This document shows, in pieces, positions 7,765 to 17,216 of a stretch of 39,436 nucleotides of DNA. The notes under the pieces were generated by a model. The model did no database searches. It was not told where the DNA came from and saw nothing but the letters and a program-made list of their open reading frames with translations. Each line of letters begins with the position of its first letter. The first letter of the stretch is position 1. The stretch lies in sequence record MT813197; one strand, 5' to 3'. Position numbers and translations under genes: made by a program. The stretch is from Escherichia phage vB_EcoP_Kapi1.

Positions 7765-8415
7765 TTAAGGAAGGTTTGCTAGCTTGGCATCAACGACAAC
7801 GCCAATGATTTTACAGTTCCCATTGATTTCAATCATTGGGTATTGTGGATTGAGTGGTTTCAGGAATTTTCTACCGGCATCAATAACTAACTTTTTGAAT
7901 GTCGCCTCGTTTTCTCCTTCAAGTTTGGCGACTACCAGCTTTCCATTACGTGGTTCGACTTCTGGGTCGACGAGAATAATCATCCCCTCAGGAATACTCA
8001 GTCCTGCCGGGGCAGTCATTGAGTCGCCTTTAACATCGAGCCAAAAAGAGTCTTCAGAACAATCTACCGTTGTGTCGTACCAGTTATCTATTGCACGCCT
8101 ATGATATGGCTCTACAGCTTCCATCCAACATCCTGCGCTTACCCAACTAATTAGAGGATACGAACCTCTTGGATCATGCCTGCTGTGATAGGCAATGTTT
8201 GAAAGACTATCCTCTCCTTTCAACAGGTAATCAGGGGAGCACTGCAAAGCCTTGGCTAAGGCCAATAGGTTTTCGCCATTGGGCTCAGTTTCAGATCGCT
8301 CCCATTGGGAAATAGCAACATTAGACACGCCAACCATCTTGCCAAGGGCAGCCTGCCTAATCTTGAGTTCTTTTCTGCGAGCGCGAATACGCTCACCCAT
8401 CAGTTGTGTATTCAT
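7765..8415 (-). CDS. c2: CI-type repressor (P22 c2-like), HTH plus LexA-type autopeptidase domain
   Basis: 216 aa, MNTQLMGERIRARRKELKIRQAALGKMVGVSNVAISQWE...; near-identical to my recollection of P22 C2. Confidence 0.9.
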   Translation of the reverse strand: MNTQLMGERIRARRKELKIRQAALGKMVGVSNVAISQWERSETEPNGENLLALAKALQCSPDYLLKGEDSLSNIAYHSRHDPRGSYPLISWVSAGCWMEAVEPYHRRAIDNWYDTTVDCSEDSFWLDVKGDSMTAPAGLSIPEGMIILVDPEVEPRNGKLVVAKLEGENEATFKKLVIDAGRKFLKPLNPQYPMIEINGNCKIIGVVVDAKLANLP

Positions 8416-8495
8416 AGTTAAGACATCTTAAATAAACTTGACTTAAGATTCCTTTGGTGGATAATTTAAGTGTTCTTTAATTTCGGAGCGAGTCT
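8416..8495. promoter_or_regulatory. OR operator region with divergent PRM/PR promoters (three P22-type operator sites)
   Basis: Sites AGTTAAGACATCTTAAAT, ACTTAAGATTCCTTTGGT, ATTTAAGTGTTCTTTAAT; TTGACT -35 and GATAAT -10 for PR. Confidence 0.65.
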
Positions 8496-8681
8496 ATGTA
8501 CAAAAAAGATGTTATTGACCACTTCGGAACCCAGCGTGCTGTTGCTAAAGCACTAGGCATTAGCGATGCAGCAGTCTCTCAGTGGAAAGAAGTTATCCCA
8601 GAGAAAGACGCCTATCGATTGGAAATCGTTACAGCTGGCGCCCTGAAGTATCAAGAAAGTGCTTACCGCCAAGCGGCATAA
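8496..8681 (+). CDS. cro: Cro repressor (P22-type)
   Basis: 61 aa, MYKKDVIDHFGTQRAVAKALGISDAAVSQWKE. Confidence 0.9.
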   Translation: MYKKDVIDHFGTQRAVAKALGISDAAVSQWKEVIPEKDAYRLEIVTAGALKYQESAYRQAA

Positions 8682-8687
8682 GCAAAT

Positions 8688-8729
8688 TGCTCTTTAACAG
8701 TTCTGGCCTTTCACCTCTAACCGGGTGAG
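8688..8729 (+). promoter_or_regulatory. nutR (boxA TGCTCTTTAA at 8688-8697; boxB UUCACCUCUAACCGGGUGAG at 8710-8729)
   Basis: boxA/boxB just downstream of cro; boxB matches the phi21-type sequence as recalled. Confidence 0.6.
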
Positions 8730-8796
8730 CAAACATCAGCGGCAAATCCATTGGGTGTGCCGCTATAACTCAATATCAATATAGGAAAATTAACAA

Positions 8797-9093
8797 ATGG
8801 CACAAGCAAGCTACAGCAAGCCAACACAGCGAGAAATTGATCGCGCTGAAACTGATTTACTCATCAACCTGTCAACGCTTACCCAGCGCGGTCTGGCAAA
8901 GATGATTGGCTGTCATGAATCGAAGATAAGCAGAACGGACTGGAGATTTATTGCTTCGGTCTTGTGTGCTTTCGGAATGGCATCAGACATCAGTCCGATT
9001 AGCAGGGCTTTTAAGTATGCGCTTGATGGACTCACCAATAAAAAACGCCCGGCGGCAACCGAGCGTTCTGAACAAATCCAGATGGAATTTTAA
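8797..9093 (+). CDS. cII: CII-like transcriptional activator
   Basis: C-terminus TNKKRPAATERSEQIQMEF matches lambda CII tail as recalled. Confidence 0.75.
   Translation: MAQASYSKPTQREIDRAETDLLINLSTLTQRGLAKMIGCHESKISRTDWRFIASVLCAFGMASDISPISRAFKYALDGLTNKKRPAATERSEQIQMEF
8807..8820 (-). promoter_or_regulatory. Candidate pRE -35 with CII-binding TTGC-N6-TTGC repeat
   Basis: Minus strand reads TTGCTGTAGCTTGC inside the 5' end of the cII-like gene, oriented toward cro/c2. Confidence 0.45.
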
Positions 9094-9115
9094 CAACATC
9101 CAACGAGGTAATTAT

Positions 9116-9388
9116 ATGCGAAACAAAGGCTTTAATCCACCTGATACACACAAAGAAGCTAAGCGTTTGCGCTTCCTTCGTTCCATTGATGAAAGAACTC
9201 AAATCTCTTTTGTGAAAGTTGCCAGAACTGAGCTTCTGAAGGCTGAGGCGAGGGCGTTGCTCCCGTCTCTACCAAAAGAGGATGGATATACGTTCATTCC
9301 AAACGCATTTCTGGAAAAGCTGCTCAAAGAAGACATATCCGTAAGTCAGTTTAACGATGTTCTTAAGGTCTTTCGTCAAGGCAGGTAG
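9116..9388 (+). CDS. Hypothetical protein (90 aa) between cII and replication gene
   Basis: ATG at 9116 with GAGG RBS; the reported ORF 8951..9388 starts inside cII in another frame. Confidence 0.5.
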   Translation: MRNKGFNPPDTHKEAKRLRFLRSIDERTQISFVKVARTELLKAEARALLPSLPKEDGYTFIPNAFLEKLLKEDISVSQFNDVLKVFRQGR

Positions 9389-9390
9389 TT

Positions 9391-10338
9391 ATGAGCAACA
9401 CAGCAAAAATCTACGATTTCAGCGCCGCACACGAGCGCAGGAGCAACAGGATGGAGAACCAGAAAACTGGTTACATTCCGTTGTACCGGAGCATTCTGAA
9501 ACAGTCATGGGCGAAAGATGTTTATCTTCGCACCCTGTGGGAAAACCTTCTCCTGAATGCCGCCAGAAAGCCATACAAAGCGAATTTCAAAGGTCATGAA
9601 TGGCATCTGCAACCCGGTCAACTGGTTGTGACAGCAGCTGATTTAGGTCTTCAGTTATGCGACAGGCATGGCAAGCCAGCAAGCCGCGATCAGGTTGAGC
9701 GGATGCTTCAGGTTTTTGTGAAAGAGGGGATGATCACCATTGATGGAGAGAAGCAAAAAGGTCGTGTGATTACCATCACAAATTACCATGAATATGCTCA
9801 AAAAATGGACGATTCACCCGCACATGAAGCCGCACAAACAACCGCACATGATGCCGCACATGACGAAGCCAGTAATGGCGCGGCTTTCAGAGTACATGCC
9901 GCACAAACAACCGCACATGATGTCGCACAAACAACCGCACATCATGAACAAGAAGGTATTAACAAGAATATAAATAATACCCCCCTACCCCCCAATGGGG
10001 GCGGCGATGGGCAGGTTAAGCCTGAACGTCGCAAGGCAGAACGCATCGACTACGAATCCTTCCTGAACGCCTACAACACCGAAGTCGGTGACAGACTGCC
10101 ACACGCTGTTGCGGTCAACGAGAAACGCAAACGCCGCCTGAAGAAAATCATCCCGCAACTGAAAACGCCAAACGTGGACGGTTTCAGAGCGTATGTCAGG
10201 GCGTTTGTACATCAGGCCAAGCCGTTTTACTTCGGAGACAACGACACTGGCTGGACGGCAGATTTTGATTACCTGCTGAGGGAAGATTCGTTAACGGGAG
10301 TACGGGAAGGGAAGTTTGCAGACAGGGGGATTGCATGA
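9391..10338 (+). CDS. Replication initiation protein (O-like) with internal origin
   Basis: 315 aa; central repetitive linker AAQTTAHD encoded by iterons; conserved phage replication C-terminal region. Confidence 0.7.
   Translation: MSNTAKIYDFSAAHERRSNRMENQKTGYIPLYRSILKQSWAKDVYLRTLWENLLLNAARKPYKANFKGHEWHLQPGQLVVTAADLGLQLCDRHGKPASRDQVERMLQVFVKEGMITIDGEKQKGRVITITNYHEYAQKMDDSPAHEAAQTTAHDAAHDEASNGAAFRVHAAQTTAHDVAQTTAHHEQEGINKNINNTPLPPNGGGDGQVKPERRKAERIDYESFLNAYNTEVGDRLPHAVAVNEKRKRRLKKIIPQLKTPNVDGFRAYVRAFVHQAKPFYFGDNDTGWTADFDYLLREDSLTGVREGKFADRGIA
9816..9985 (+). repeat. Origin of replication: direct iterons (CCGCACAAACAACCGCACATGATG x3 plus partial copies) followed by AT-rich stretch
   Basis: Three near-identical 24-bp repeats at 9830, 9899, 9923, then AACAAGAATATAAATAATAC. 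Confidence 0.6.
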
Positions 10339-11711
10339 GACAGGATATCGAAGCGAGTGTTATCGGTGGCCTGCTGATTGGTGGATTAACACCAACTGCC
10401 AGTGACGTTCTGGCAACGCTTGAGCCGGAAGCGTTTTCAATTCCGCTCTACCGGAAAGCCTTCGAGGTTATCCGCAAACAGGCGCGAAACAGAAACCTAA
10501 TCGACGCGCTGATGGTTGCCGAGGCGTGCGGAGAGGAGCATTTCACGTCAATCCTGATGACCAGCAAAAACTGCCCGAGTGCCGCAAACCTGAAGGGATA
10601 TGCCGGAATGGTCGCGGATAACTATCACCGCCGTCTGGTGCTGGAAATCATGGATGAAATGCGTGAACCAATTCAGAGCGGAACCATCGACGCATCAAGT
10701 CAGGCGATGGATGAACTTGTAAAGCGTCTTTCAGCCATCAGAAAGCCCCGTGACGAGGTTAAACCTGTACGGTTAGGGGAAATCATCACCGACTACACTG
10801 ACACGCTTGACAGGCGTCTGAGGAACGGAAAAGAGTCAGATACCCTGAAGACCGGAATCGAAGAACTTGATGCCATCACCGGAGGGATGAACGCGGAAGA
10901 CCTGGTGATAATCGCTGCTCGTCCTGGTATGGGGAAAACCGAACTGGCGCTGAAGATTGCCGAAGGCGTTGCAAGCCGCGTTATTCCTGGTTCTGACGTC
11001 CGGCGCGGGGTATTGATTTTCTCAATGGAAATGAGCGCATTGCAGATTGCAGAGCGAAGTATTGCCAACGCCGGGAGGATGTCGGTTAGCGTGCTGCGAA
11101 ATCCTGCATCGATGGATGACGAAGGCTGGGCGCGCGTTGCTAACGGCATGAGTCAGCTTGCAGATTTGGATGTATGGGTAGTCGATGCCTCGCGGTTATC
11201 GGTCGAAGAAATACGCTCAATCGCAGAACGGCACAAACAGGAAAATCCAAACCTGTCACTCATCATGGCGGATTATCTTGGCCTGATTGAGAAGCCGAAA
11301 GCAGATCGCAACGACCTCGCAATTGCTCACATCTCCGGAAGCCTTAAGGCGATGGCGAAAGACCTGAAAACGCCTGTGATCTCCCTAAGTCAGCTTTCGC
11401 GCGATGTTGAGAAGCGACCAAACAAACGCCCGACAAACGCAGATTTGCGTGATTCAGGAAGCATTGAGCAGGACGCAGACTCAATCATCATGCTCTATCG
11501 GGAAGCGGTATATGACGAGAACAGTAGCGCCGCGCCATTTGCTGAAATCATCGTGACGAAAAACCGTTTTGGCTCACTTGGTACGGTTTACCAGCGGTTC
11601 TGCAACGGACACTTTGTTGCATGTGATCAGGATGAAGCCAGACAGATTTGCACAGCATCAAATGCACCTGCTGCGCGTGGCAGACGATATGCACAAGGGG
11701 CTGACGTATGA
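10335..11711 (+). CDS. Replicative DNA helicase (DnaB-like, P22 gp12-type)
   Basis: 458 aa; Walker A GMGKT, DnaB C-terminal motifs; overlaps O-like stop. Confidence 0.85.
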   Translation: MRQDIEASVIGGLLIGGLTPTASDVLATLEPEAFSIPLYRKAFEVIRKQARNRNLIDALMVAEACGEEHFTSILMTSKNCPSAANLKGYAGMVADNYHRRLVLEIMDEMREPIQSGTIDASSQAMDELVKRLSAIRKPRDEVKPVRLGEIITDYTDTLDRRLRNGKESDTLKTGIEELDAITGGMNAEDLVIIAARPGMGKTELALKIAEGVASRVIPGSDVRRGVLIFSMEMSALQIAERSIANAGRMSVSVLRNPASMDDEGWARVANGMSQLADLDVWVVDASRLSVEEIRSIAERHKQENPNLSLIMADYLGLIEKPKADRNDLAIAHISGSLKAMAKDLKTPVISLSQLSRDVEKRPNKRPTNADLRDSGSIEQDADSIIMLYREAVYDENSSAAPFAEIIVTKNRFGSLGTVYQRFCNGHFVACDQDEARQICTASNAPAARGRRYAQGADV

Positions 11712-11736
11712 CCATCTACATTACTGAGCTAATAAC

Positions 11737-11768
11737 AGGCCTGCTGGTAATCGCAGGCCTTTTTATTT
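11737..11768 (+). terminator. Rho-independent terminator after helicase gene
   Basis: Hairpin AGGCCTGC-loop-GCAGGCCT followed by TTTTATTT. Confidence 0.55.
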
Positions 11769-11783
11769 GGGGGAGGGTAAATC

Positions 11784-11990
11784 GTGGTTGAGTTGATTTT
11801 CTCTGCATTGAGGCTTCTCGGTGCTCTGTGGATGGTGGCGACGTTCATTGTGGTTGCTGGCTGTTTTGTCCGGTTGGTAGGCGAAGGTAAAGACCTGGTG
11901 CGTGTGCTTTTCGGTAGCATTCTCCTGTGGGTGATTATCGGTGTTGCGCCTGTTGCTGTAGCAAAAATGGCGTGGCGTTTTGTTAGTTGA
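11784..11990 (+). CDS. Small hydrophobic membrane protein (68 aa)
   Basis: GTG start with GGGAGGG RBS; two predicted TM segments. Confidence 0.5.
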   Translation: MVELIFSALRLLGALWMVATFIVVAGCFVRLVGEGKDLVRVLFGSILLWVIIGVAPVAVAKMAWRFVS

Positions 11991-11997
11991 GGTGACA

Positions 11998-12408
11998 ATG
12001 AAGCAAACAATCTTCCTCCGAACTAAGCAACAACAGCAAGCTGCAATAAATGCCATCCTCGCAACACCACTCGATAAAGACAAGCCAGTCACCATCCGCA
12101 TTACTGACTACAAGCGCAACCTTGACCAGAACGCAAAATTTCACGCGATGGTCGCAGATATCGCTAGGCAAGTTCAGTGGCGCGATAAATGGTTAAAACC
12201 AGAACAATGGAAGGTTTTGTTGATCAGCGGTCATGCAGTGGCAACAAAGCAGGAAGCTGATGTTTTGCCCGGCCTTGAAGGCGAATACGTCAACATTCGC
12301 GAAAGCAGCGCGCAGATGAGCGTGAAGCGTATGGCAAGTCTGATCGAGTACACAACAGCCTGGGCTATTGGTCAGGGTGTCAGATTTACCGACAGGAGGT
12401 ACGAATGA
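11998..12408 (+). CDS. ninB: NinB-like recombination protein
   Basis: Start at MKQTIF with GAGGTGA RBS; NinB-like size and position ahead of ninE. Confidence 0.6.
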   Translation: MKQTIFLRTKQQQQAAINAILATPLDKDKPVTIRITDYKRNLDQNAKFHAMVADIARQVQWRDKWLKPEQWKVLLISGHAVATKQEADVLPGLEGEYVNIRESSAQMSVKRMASLIEYTTAWAIGQGVRFTDRRYE

Positions 12409-12581
12409 GACGACAGCGACGAAGTATCACCGACATCATCTGTGAAAACTGCAAATACCTTCCAACGAAACACTCCAGAAATAAACGCAAGCCAATCCCA
12501 AAAGAATCTGACGTAAAAACCTTCAACTACACGGCTCACCTGTGGGATATCCGGTGGCTAAGACATCGTGCGAGGAAATGA
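12405..12581 (+). CDS. ninE: NinE
   Basis: 58 aa, [22 protein letters not shown]...[15 protein letters not shown]; below the ORF-track size cut-off, found by hand; matches lambda NinE as recalled. Confidence 0.8.
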   Translation: MRRQRRSITDIICENCKYLPTKHSRNKRKPIPKESDVKTFNYTAHLWDIRWLRHRARK

Positions 12582-12958
12582 CAATGGATTATTCACAGTT
12601 AAGTGATTTTGAAATTAACTTAAAAGTCGCGCATATCGTGCTAGGAAAAAACAATTACGACTGGGATCCAGAAAAGAAAGAAGTTTACTTGGCTGGAATT
12701 GATGGTGGTGAGTTTTTGCCTTGCGGATATTTCGACCCATGTAATATGGCCGCTGACGCATATCCGATCATCACTGAAAACAAAATTAGCACCATGTGGA
12801 TGACAGCGGAAAAAGAATGGTGCGCATGGTCAGGAGGTGATTTAGAGGAAGGTTGTTGGGAATGGGAAAATATTCCTGACTACTGCTTCTGCGGTGAATC
12901 GCCTCTCCGCGCCGCCATGATTGTATTTCTCATGATGCAGGTCGCCAATAATGCTTAG
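12578..12958 (+). CDS. Hypothetical nin-region protein (126 aa), Cys/Trp-rich C-terminus
   Basis: ATG overlapping ninE stop; motif [17 protein letters not shown]. Confidence 0.5.
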   Translation: MTMDYSQLSDFEINLKVAHIVLGKNNYDWDPEKKEVYLAGIDGGEFLPCGYFDPCNMAADAYPIITENKISTMWMTAEKEWCAWSGGDLEEGCWEWENIPDYCFCGESPLRAAMIVFLMMQVANNA

Positions 12959-13127
12959 CCCATCCCAAACCCTTCAATACCAGAAAGAAAGCGTCGAGCG
13001 AGCTTTAACGTGCGCTAACTGCGGTCAGAAGCTGCATGTGCTGGAAGTTCACGTGTGCTCAGATTGCTGCGCAGAACTGATGAGCGATCCGAATAGCTCA
13101 ATGTACGAGGAAGAAGACGATGAATGA
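12951..13127 (+). CDS. ninF: NinF
   Basis: 58 aa, [36 protein letters not shown]; found by hand; matches lambda NinF as recalled. Confidence 0.8.
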   Translation: MLSPSQTLQYQKESVERALTCANCGQKLHVLEVHVCSDCCAELMSDPNSSMYEEEDDE

Positions 13128-13842
13128 GTTAATAAATGGCAATGCCATCAAAATGACAAGCATTGAAATCGCTGAGTTGGTGGGTAAGCGTCATGACAAT
13201 GTGAAACGTACCATCGAAACGCTGGCTAAAAATGGTGTTATCCGGCTTCCTCAAATTGAGGTTTCCGAAAGAATCAATAACTTAGGGTTCAATGTTCAGT
13301 ACGAGCATTACGTCTTCGAGGGCGAACAAGGTAAGCGAGACAGTATTGTCGTTGTTGCCCAGTTGTCGCCAGAATTCACGGCTCGCCTTGTTGACCGTTG
13401 GCGAGAGCTTGAAGAAGCTGCGGTTAATATCCCAAAAACGCTACCAGAAGCGTTGCGCCTTGCTGCTGACCTTGCTGAGCAGAAAATGCAACTGGAAAAC
13501 CAGCTCGCAATTGCCGCACCTAAAGTTGAGTTTGCCGATCGCGTTGGCGAGGCCAGCGGAATTTTGATTGGAAACTTTGCAAAGGTTGTTGGAATTGGTC
13601 CAAACAAACTGTTTGCGTGGATGCGAGATCACAAAATCCTTATTGCTTCAGGTTCCCGGCGAAATGTGCCAATGCAGGAATATATGGAGCGCGGCTATTT
13701 CACAGTGAAAGAAACAGCGGTCAACACAAATCACGGAATACAGATATCGTTCACCACAAAAATCACCGGGCGTGGTCAACAGTGGCTGACCAGAAAGCTG
13801 CTCGATAACGGAATGCTGAAAGTAACAGGGGAGGCTGCTTAA
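13120..13842 (+). CDS. Rha-family regulator / antirepressor with KilA-C (ANT) domain
   Basis: 240 aa; N-terminal Rha-like HTH region and C-terminal KilAC-like region. Confidence 0.7.
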   Translation: MNELINGNAIKMTSIEIAELVGKRHDNVKRTIETLAKNGVIRLPQIEVSERINNLGFNVQYEHYVFEGEQGKRDSIVVVAQLSPEFTARLVDRWRELEEAAVNIPKTLPEALRLAADLAEQKMQLENQLAIAAPKVEFADRVGEASGILIGNFAKVVGIGPNKLFAWMRDHKILIASGSRRNVPMQEYMERGYFTVKETAVNTNHGIQISFTTKITGRGQQWLTRKLLDNGMLKVTGEAA

Positions 13843-14132
13843 TGGCTAATCTACGCAAAGAAGCACGCGGCAGAGAATGCCAGGTACGTATTTACGGCGT
13901 ATGCAATGGCAACCCTGAAACTACAGTTCTGGCACATTACCGGATGGCTGGAATTTGCGGAACGGGAATGAAACCTGACGACCTGATCGGAGCATGGGCT
14001 TGTAGCGCGTGTCACGATGAAATCGACCGACGCACCCATAACCTCGACAACAAAGACGCCAGACTTTACCACCTCGAAGGCGTGATCAGGACGCAGGCGA
14101 TACTGCTGAAGGAGGGAAAGATTAAGCCATGA
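13842..14132 (+). CDS. DUF1364 protein (YbcO-like putative nuclease)
   Basis: 96 aa, MANLRKEARGRECQVRIYGVCNGNPETTVLAHYR...CSACHDEIDRRTH. Confidence 0.65.
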   Translation: MANLRKEARGRECQVRIYGVCNGNPETTVLAHYRMAGICGTGMKPDDLIGAWACSACHDEIDRRTHNLDNKDARLYHLEGVIRTQAILLKEGKIKP

Positions 14133-14491
14133 ACGAATATCAGTTTGTGCTTCCATACCCGCCGTCGGTGAATACCTACTGGCGAAGACGGGGAAGCCAA
14201 TACTACATCAGCGATAAAGGCCAGAAATACCGAAAAGACGTTCAGCAAATCATCCACCAACTCAAGTTAGATATTTTCACCAAATCACGACTCCGCATCA
14301 AAGTCATCGCAGACGTTCCAGACTCCCGCCGCCGCGACCTCGACAACATCCTGAAAGGTTTACTCGACTCCCTTATCCACGCCGGATTTGCGGAAGACGA
14401 CGAGCAATTCGATGACATTCGCGTAATTCGTGGTGTGAAAGTACCAGGCGGACGGCTTGGAATAAAAATCACCGAACTGGAGAACGTATGA
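14129..14491 (+). CDS. rusA: Holliday junction resolvase RusA
   Basis: 120 aa; motifs PPSVNTYW, DSRRRDLDN, GGRL typical of RusA. Confidence 0.85.
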   Translation: MNEYQFVLPYPPSVNTYWRRRGSQYYISDKGQKYRKDVQQIIHQLKLDIFTKSRLRIKVIADVPDSRRRDLDNILKGLLDSLIHAGFAEDDEQFDDIRVIRGVKVPGGRLGIKITELENV

Positions 14492-14676
14492 ACGCCACAA
14501 TTCAAACGATACCAGAGCTTCTTATCCAGACACGAGGCAATCAGACCGAAGTGGCGAGGATGCTTTCCTGCGCAAGAGGAACAGTGCTCAAGTACAACCG
14601 AGACAGCAAAGGCGAGCGTCACGTAATAGTTAACGGCGTCCTGATGGTCAAACAGGGCAAAAGGGGAAGGCCATGA
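14488..14676 (+). CDS. ninH: NinH
   Basis: 62 aa; GNQTEVARMLSCARGTVLKY matches lambda NinH core as recalled. Confidence 0.75.
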   Translation: MNATIQTIPELLIQTRGNQTEVARMLSCARGTVLKYNRDSKGERHVIVNGVLMVKQGKRGRP

Positions 14677-15296
14677 GACTCGAAAGCGTAGCTAAATTTC
14701 ATTCGCCAAAAAGCCCGATGATGAGTGACTCACCACGGGCCACGGCTTCTGACTCTCTTTCCGGTACTGATGTGATGGCTGCTATGGGGATGGCGCAATC
14801 ACAAGCCGGATTCGGAATGGCTGCATTCTGCGGTAAGCATGAACTCAGCCAGAACGACAAACAAAAGGCTATCAACTATCTGATGCAATTTGCACACAAG
14901 GTATCGGGGAAATACCGTGGTGTGGCAAAGCTTGAAGGAAATACTAAGGCAAAGGTACTGCAAGTGCTCGCAACATTCGCTTATGCGGATTATTGCCGTA
15001 GTGCCGCGACGCCGGGCGCAAGATGCAGAGATTGCCACGGTACAGGCCGTGCGGTTGATATAGCCAAAACAGAGCAGTGGGGGAGAGTTGTTGAGAAAGA
15101 GTGCGGAAGATGCAAAGGTGTCGGCTATTCAAGAATGCCAGCAAGCGCCGCATATCGCGCTGTAACGATGCTAATCCCAAACCTTACTCAACCCACCTGG
15201 TCACGCACTGTTAAGCCGCTGTATGACGCTCTGGTGGTGCAATGCCACAAAGAAGAGTCAATCGCAGACAACATTTTGAACGCGGTCACACGTTAG
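14673..15296 (+). CDS. Q: Late gene antiterminator Q (lambda-type)
   Basis: 207 aa, MRLESVAKFHSPKSPMMSDSPRATASDSLSG...; essentially lambda Q as recalled. Confidence 0.9.
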   Translation: MRLESVAKFHSPKSPMMSDSPRATASDSLSGTDVMAAMGMAQSQAGFGMAAFCGKHELSQNDKQKAINYLMQFAHKVSGKYRGVAKLEGNTKAKVLQVLATFAYADYCRSAATPGARCRDCHGTGRAVDIAKTEQWGRVVEKECGRCKGVGYSRMPASAAYRAVTMLIPNLTQPTWSRTVKPLYDALVVQCHKEESIADNILNAVTR

Positions 15297-15338
15297 CAGC
15301 ATGATTGCCACGGATGGCAACATATTAACGGCATGATA

Positions 15339-15568
15339 TTGACTTTTTGAATAAAGTTGGGTAAATTTGACCCAACGATGGGTTAATTCGCTCGTTGTGG
15401 TAGTGAGATAAAAAGAGGCGGCGCTTACTACCGATTCCGCCTAGTTGGTCACTTCGACGTATCGTCTGGAACTCCAACCATCGCAGGCTGAGAGGTCTGC
15501 AAAATGCAATCCCGAAACAGTTCGCAGGTAATAGTTAGAGCCTGCACAACGGTTTAGGGATTTTTTAT
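15339..15568 (+). promoter_or_regulatory. Late promoter pR' (TTGACT -35 at 15339-15344, TAAATT -10 at 15362-15367), qut, 6S leader and tR' terminator
   Basis: Near-identical to the lambda pR'-tR' segment as recalled; ends in GGGATTTTTTATTT. Confidence 0.65.
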
Positions 15569-15570
15569 TT

Positions 15571-15645
15571 GGGTCAGTCGTATAAAGGTCATTACGGAAG
15601 GCTGTTAACCTTCTTATCGTGGTTCGAGTCCACGCTGTCCCGCCA
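15571..15645 (+). tRNA. tRNA-Asn (anticodon GTT), one U-U mismatch in acceptor stem
   Basis: Hand fold: acceptor 6/7 bp, anticodon stem GAAGG/CCTTC with loop CTGTTAA, T-arm CGTGG-TTCGAGT-CCACG, 3' CCA encoded. Confidence 0.6.
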
Positions 15646-15650
15646 AATAT

Positions 15651-15726
15651 GCTGGTTTAGCTCCAATGGTAGAGCAGTCGCCTTGTAAGCGAATGGGTAG
15701 CGGTTCAAGTCCGTTAACCAGCACCA
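15651..15726 (+). tRNA. tRNA-Thr (anticodon TGT)
   Basis: Hand fold: perfect 7-bp acceptor GCTGGTT/AACCAGC, D-arm GCTC/GAGC, anticodon loop CTTGTAA, T-loop TTCAAGT, 3' CCA encoded. Confidence 0.7.
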
Positions 15727-15968
15727 TAACTGAGCCGTAGCCACTGGCTATCCTGAATTCATCAGTGATGGTTACGCTGCGGCATTCTACGCATGACCTT
15801 CGTGAAAGCGGGTGGCAAGAGGCTGCGCTAACAACCTCCTGCCGTTTTGCCCGTGCATATCGGTCACGAACAAATCTGATTACTAAACACAGTAGCCTGG
15901 ATTTGTTCTATCAGTAATCGACCTTATTCCTAATTAAATAGAGCAAATCCCCTTATTGGGGGTAAGAC

Positions 15969-16292
15969 ATGAAGATGCCAGAAAAACATGACCTGTTAGC
16001 CGCCATTCTCGCGGCAAAGGAACAAGGCATCGGGGCAATCCTTGCGTTTGCAATGGCGTACCTTCGCGGCAGATATAATGGCGGTGCGTTTACAAAAACA
16101 GTAATCGACGCAACGATGTGCGCCATTATCGCCTGGTTCATTCGTGACCTTCTCGACTTCGCCGGACTAAGTAGCAATCTCGCTTATATAACGAGCGTGT
16201 TCATCGGCTACATCGGTACTGACTCGATTGGTTCGCTTATCAAACGCTTCGCTGCTAAAAAAGCCGGAGTAGAAGATGGTGGAAATCAATAA
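15969..16292 (+). CDS. S: Holin S (lambda class I holin, dual-start MKM motif)
   Basis: 107 aa, [39 protein letters not shown]; essentially lambda S. Confidence 0.95.
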   Translation: MKMPEKHDLLAAILAAKEQGIGAILAFAMAYLRGRYNGGAFTKTVIDATMCAIIAWFIRDLLDFAGLSSNLAYITSVFIGYIGTDSIGSLIKRFAAKKAGVEDGGNQ

Positions 16293-16752
16293 TCAACGTA
16301 AGGCGTTCCTCGATATGCTGGCGTGGTCAGAGGGAACTGATAACGGACGGCAGAAAACCAGAAATCATGGTTATGACGTCATTGTTGGCGGAGAGCTATT
16401 CACTGATTACTCCGATCACCCTCGCAAACTTGTCACGCTAAACCCCAAACTCAAATCAACAGCCGCCGGACGTTACCAGCTTCTTTCACGTTGGTGGGAT
16501 GCATACCGTAAGCAGCTTGGCCTGAAAGACTTCTCTCCGAAAAGCCAGGACGCTGTGGCATTGCAACAGATTAAAGAGCGTGGCGCTTTGCCGATGATTG
16601 ATCGCGGTGATATCCGTCAGGCAATCGACCGTTGCAGCAATATCTGGGCTTCGTTGCCCGGGGCTGGTTATGGCCAGTTCGAGCATAAGGCTGACAGCCT
16701 GATTGCAAAATTCAAAGAAGCAGGCGGAACGGTCAGAGAGATTGAGGTATGA
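16276..16752 (+). CDS. R: Endolysin R (lytic transglycosylase)
   Basis: 158 aa, [35 protein letters not shown]; lambda R-like. Confidence 0.95.
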   Translation: MVEINNQRKAFLDMLAWSEGTDNGRQKTRNHGYDVIVGGELFTDYSDHPRKLVTLNPKLKSTAAGRYQLLSRWWDAYRKQLGLKDFSPKSQDAVALQQIKERGALPMIDRGDIRQAIDRCSNIWASLPGAGYGQFEHKADSLIAKFKEAGGTVREIEV

Positions 16753-17216
16753 GCAGAGTCACCGCGATTATCTCCGCTCTGGTTATCTGCATCATCGTCG
16801 GCCTGTCATGGGCTGTTAATCATTACCGTGATAACGCCATCGCCTACAAAGAACAGCGTGATAAAAAAGTCAGTGAGCTGAAGCAGGCGACCGCCACCAT
16901 TACTGACATGCAGCAACGCCAGCGTGCTGCTGATGCACTCGATGCTAAATACACGAAGGAGTTAGCTGATGCGAAAGCTGAAAATGATGCTCTTCGGCGC
17001 AAGCTTGATAATGGTGGCAGGGTGCTCGTCAAAGGAAAATGCCCTGTGCCATCCTCAGCCGAAACCTCCAGCGCCTCCGGCATGGGCAATGATGCCACCG
17101 TCGAACTCTCTCCAGTTGCTGGACGAAACGTTCTCGGTGTCCGGGACGGAATTATCCGCGACCAAACAGCACTGAGAACGCTTCAGGAATACATCAGGAC
17201 GCAATGCCTTCGATGA
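16749..17216 (+). CDS. Rz: i-spanin Rz
   Basis: 155 aa, N-terminal TM segment then coiled coil; lambda Rz-like N-terminal half. Confidence 0.85.
   Translation: MSRVTAIISALVICIIVGLSWAVNHYRDNAIAYKEQRDKKVSELKQATATITDMQQRQRAADALDAKYTKELADAKAENDALRRKLDNGGRVLVKGKCPVPSSAETSSASGMGNDATVELSPVAGRNVLGVRDGIIRDQTALRTLQEYIRTQCLR
16969..17175 (+). CDS. Rz1: o-spanin Rz1 (lipoprotein) embedded in +1 frame of Rz
   Basis: Lipobox MVAGC followed by proline-rich [11 protein letters not shown]. Confidence 0.75.
   Translation: MRKLKMMLFGASLIMVAGCSSKENALCHPQPKPPAPPAWAMMPPSNSLQLLDETFSVSGTELSATKQH

Noticed and set aside
8951-9115. ORF-track start at 8951 for the gene after cII
   Set aside because: That start lies inside cII in a different frame; the ATG at 9116 has a proper RBS.
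9816-9950. Direct repeats that might be mistaken for a CRISPR array or mobile-element repeats
   Set aside because: Only about three 24-bp units with no spacers, in frame inside the replication initiator gene next to an AT-rich stretch; these are origin iterons.
14242-14622. 126-aa minus-strand ORF antisense to rusA and ninH
   Set aside because: Antisense to two well-supported genes in a co-directional operon; no independent support.
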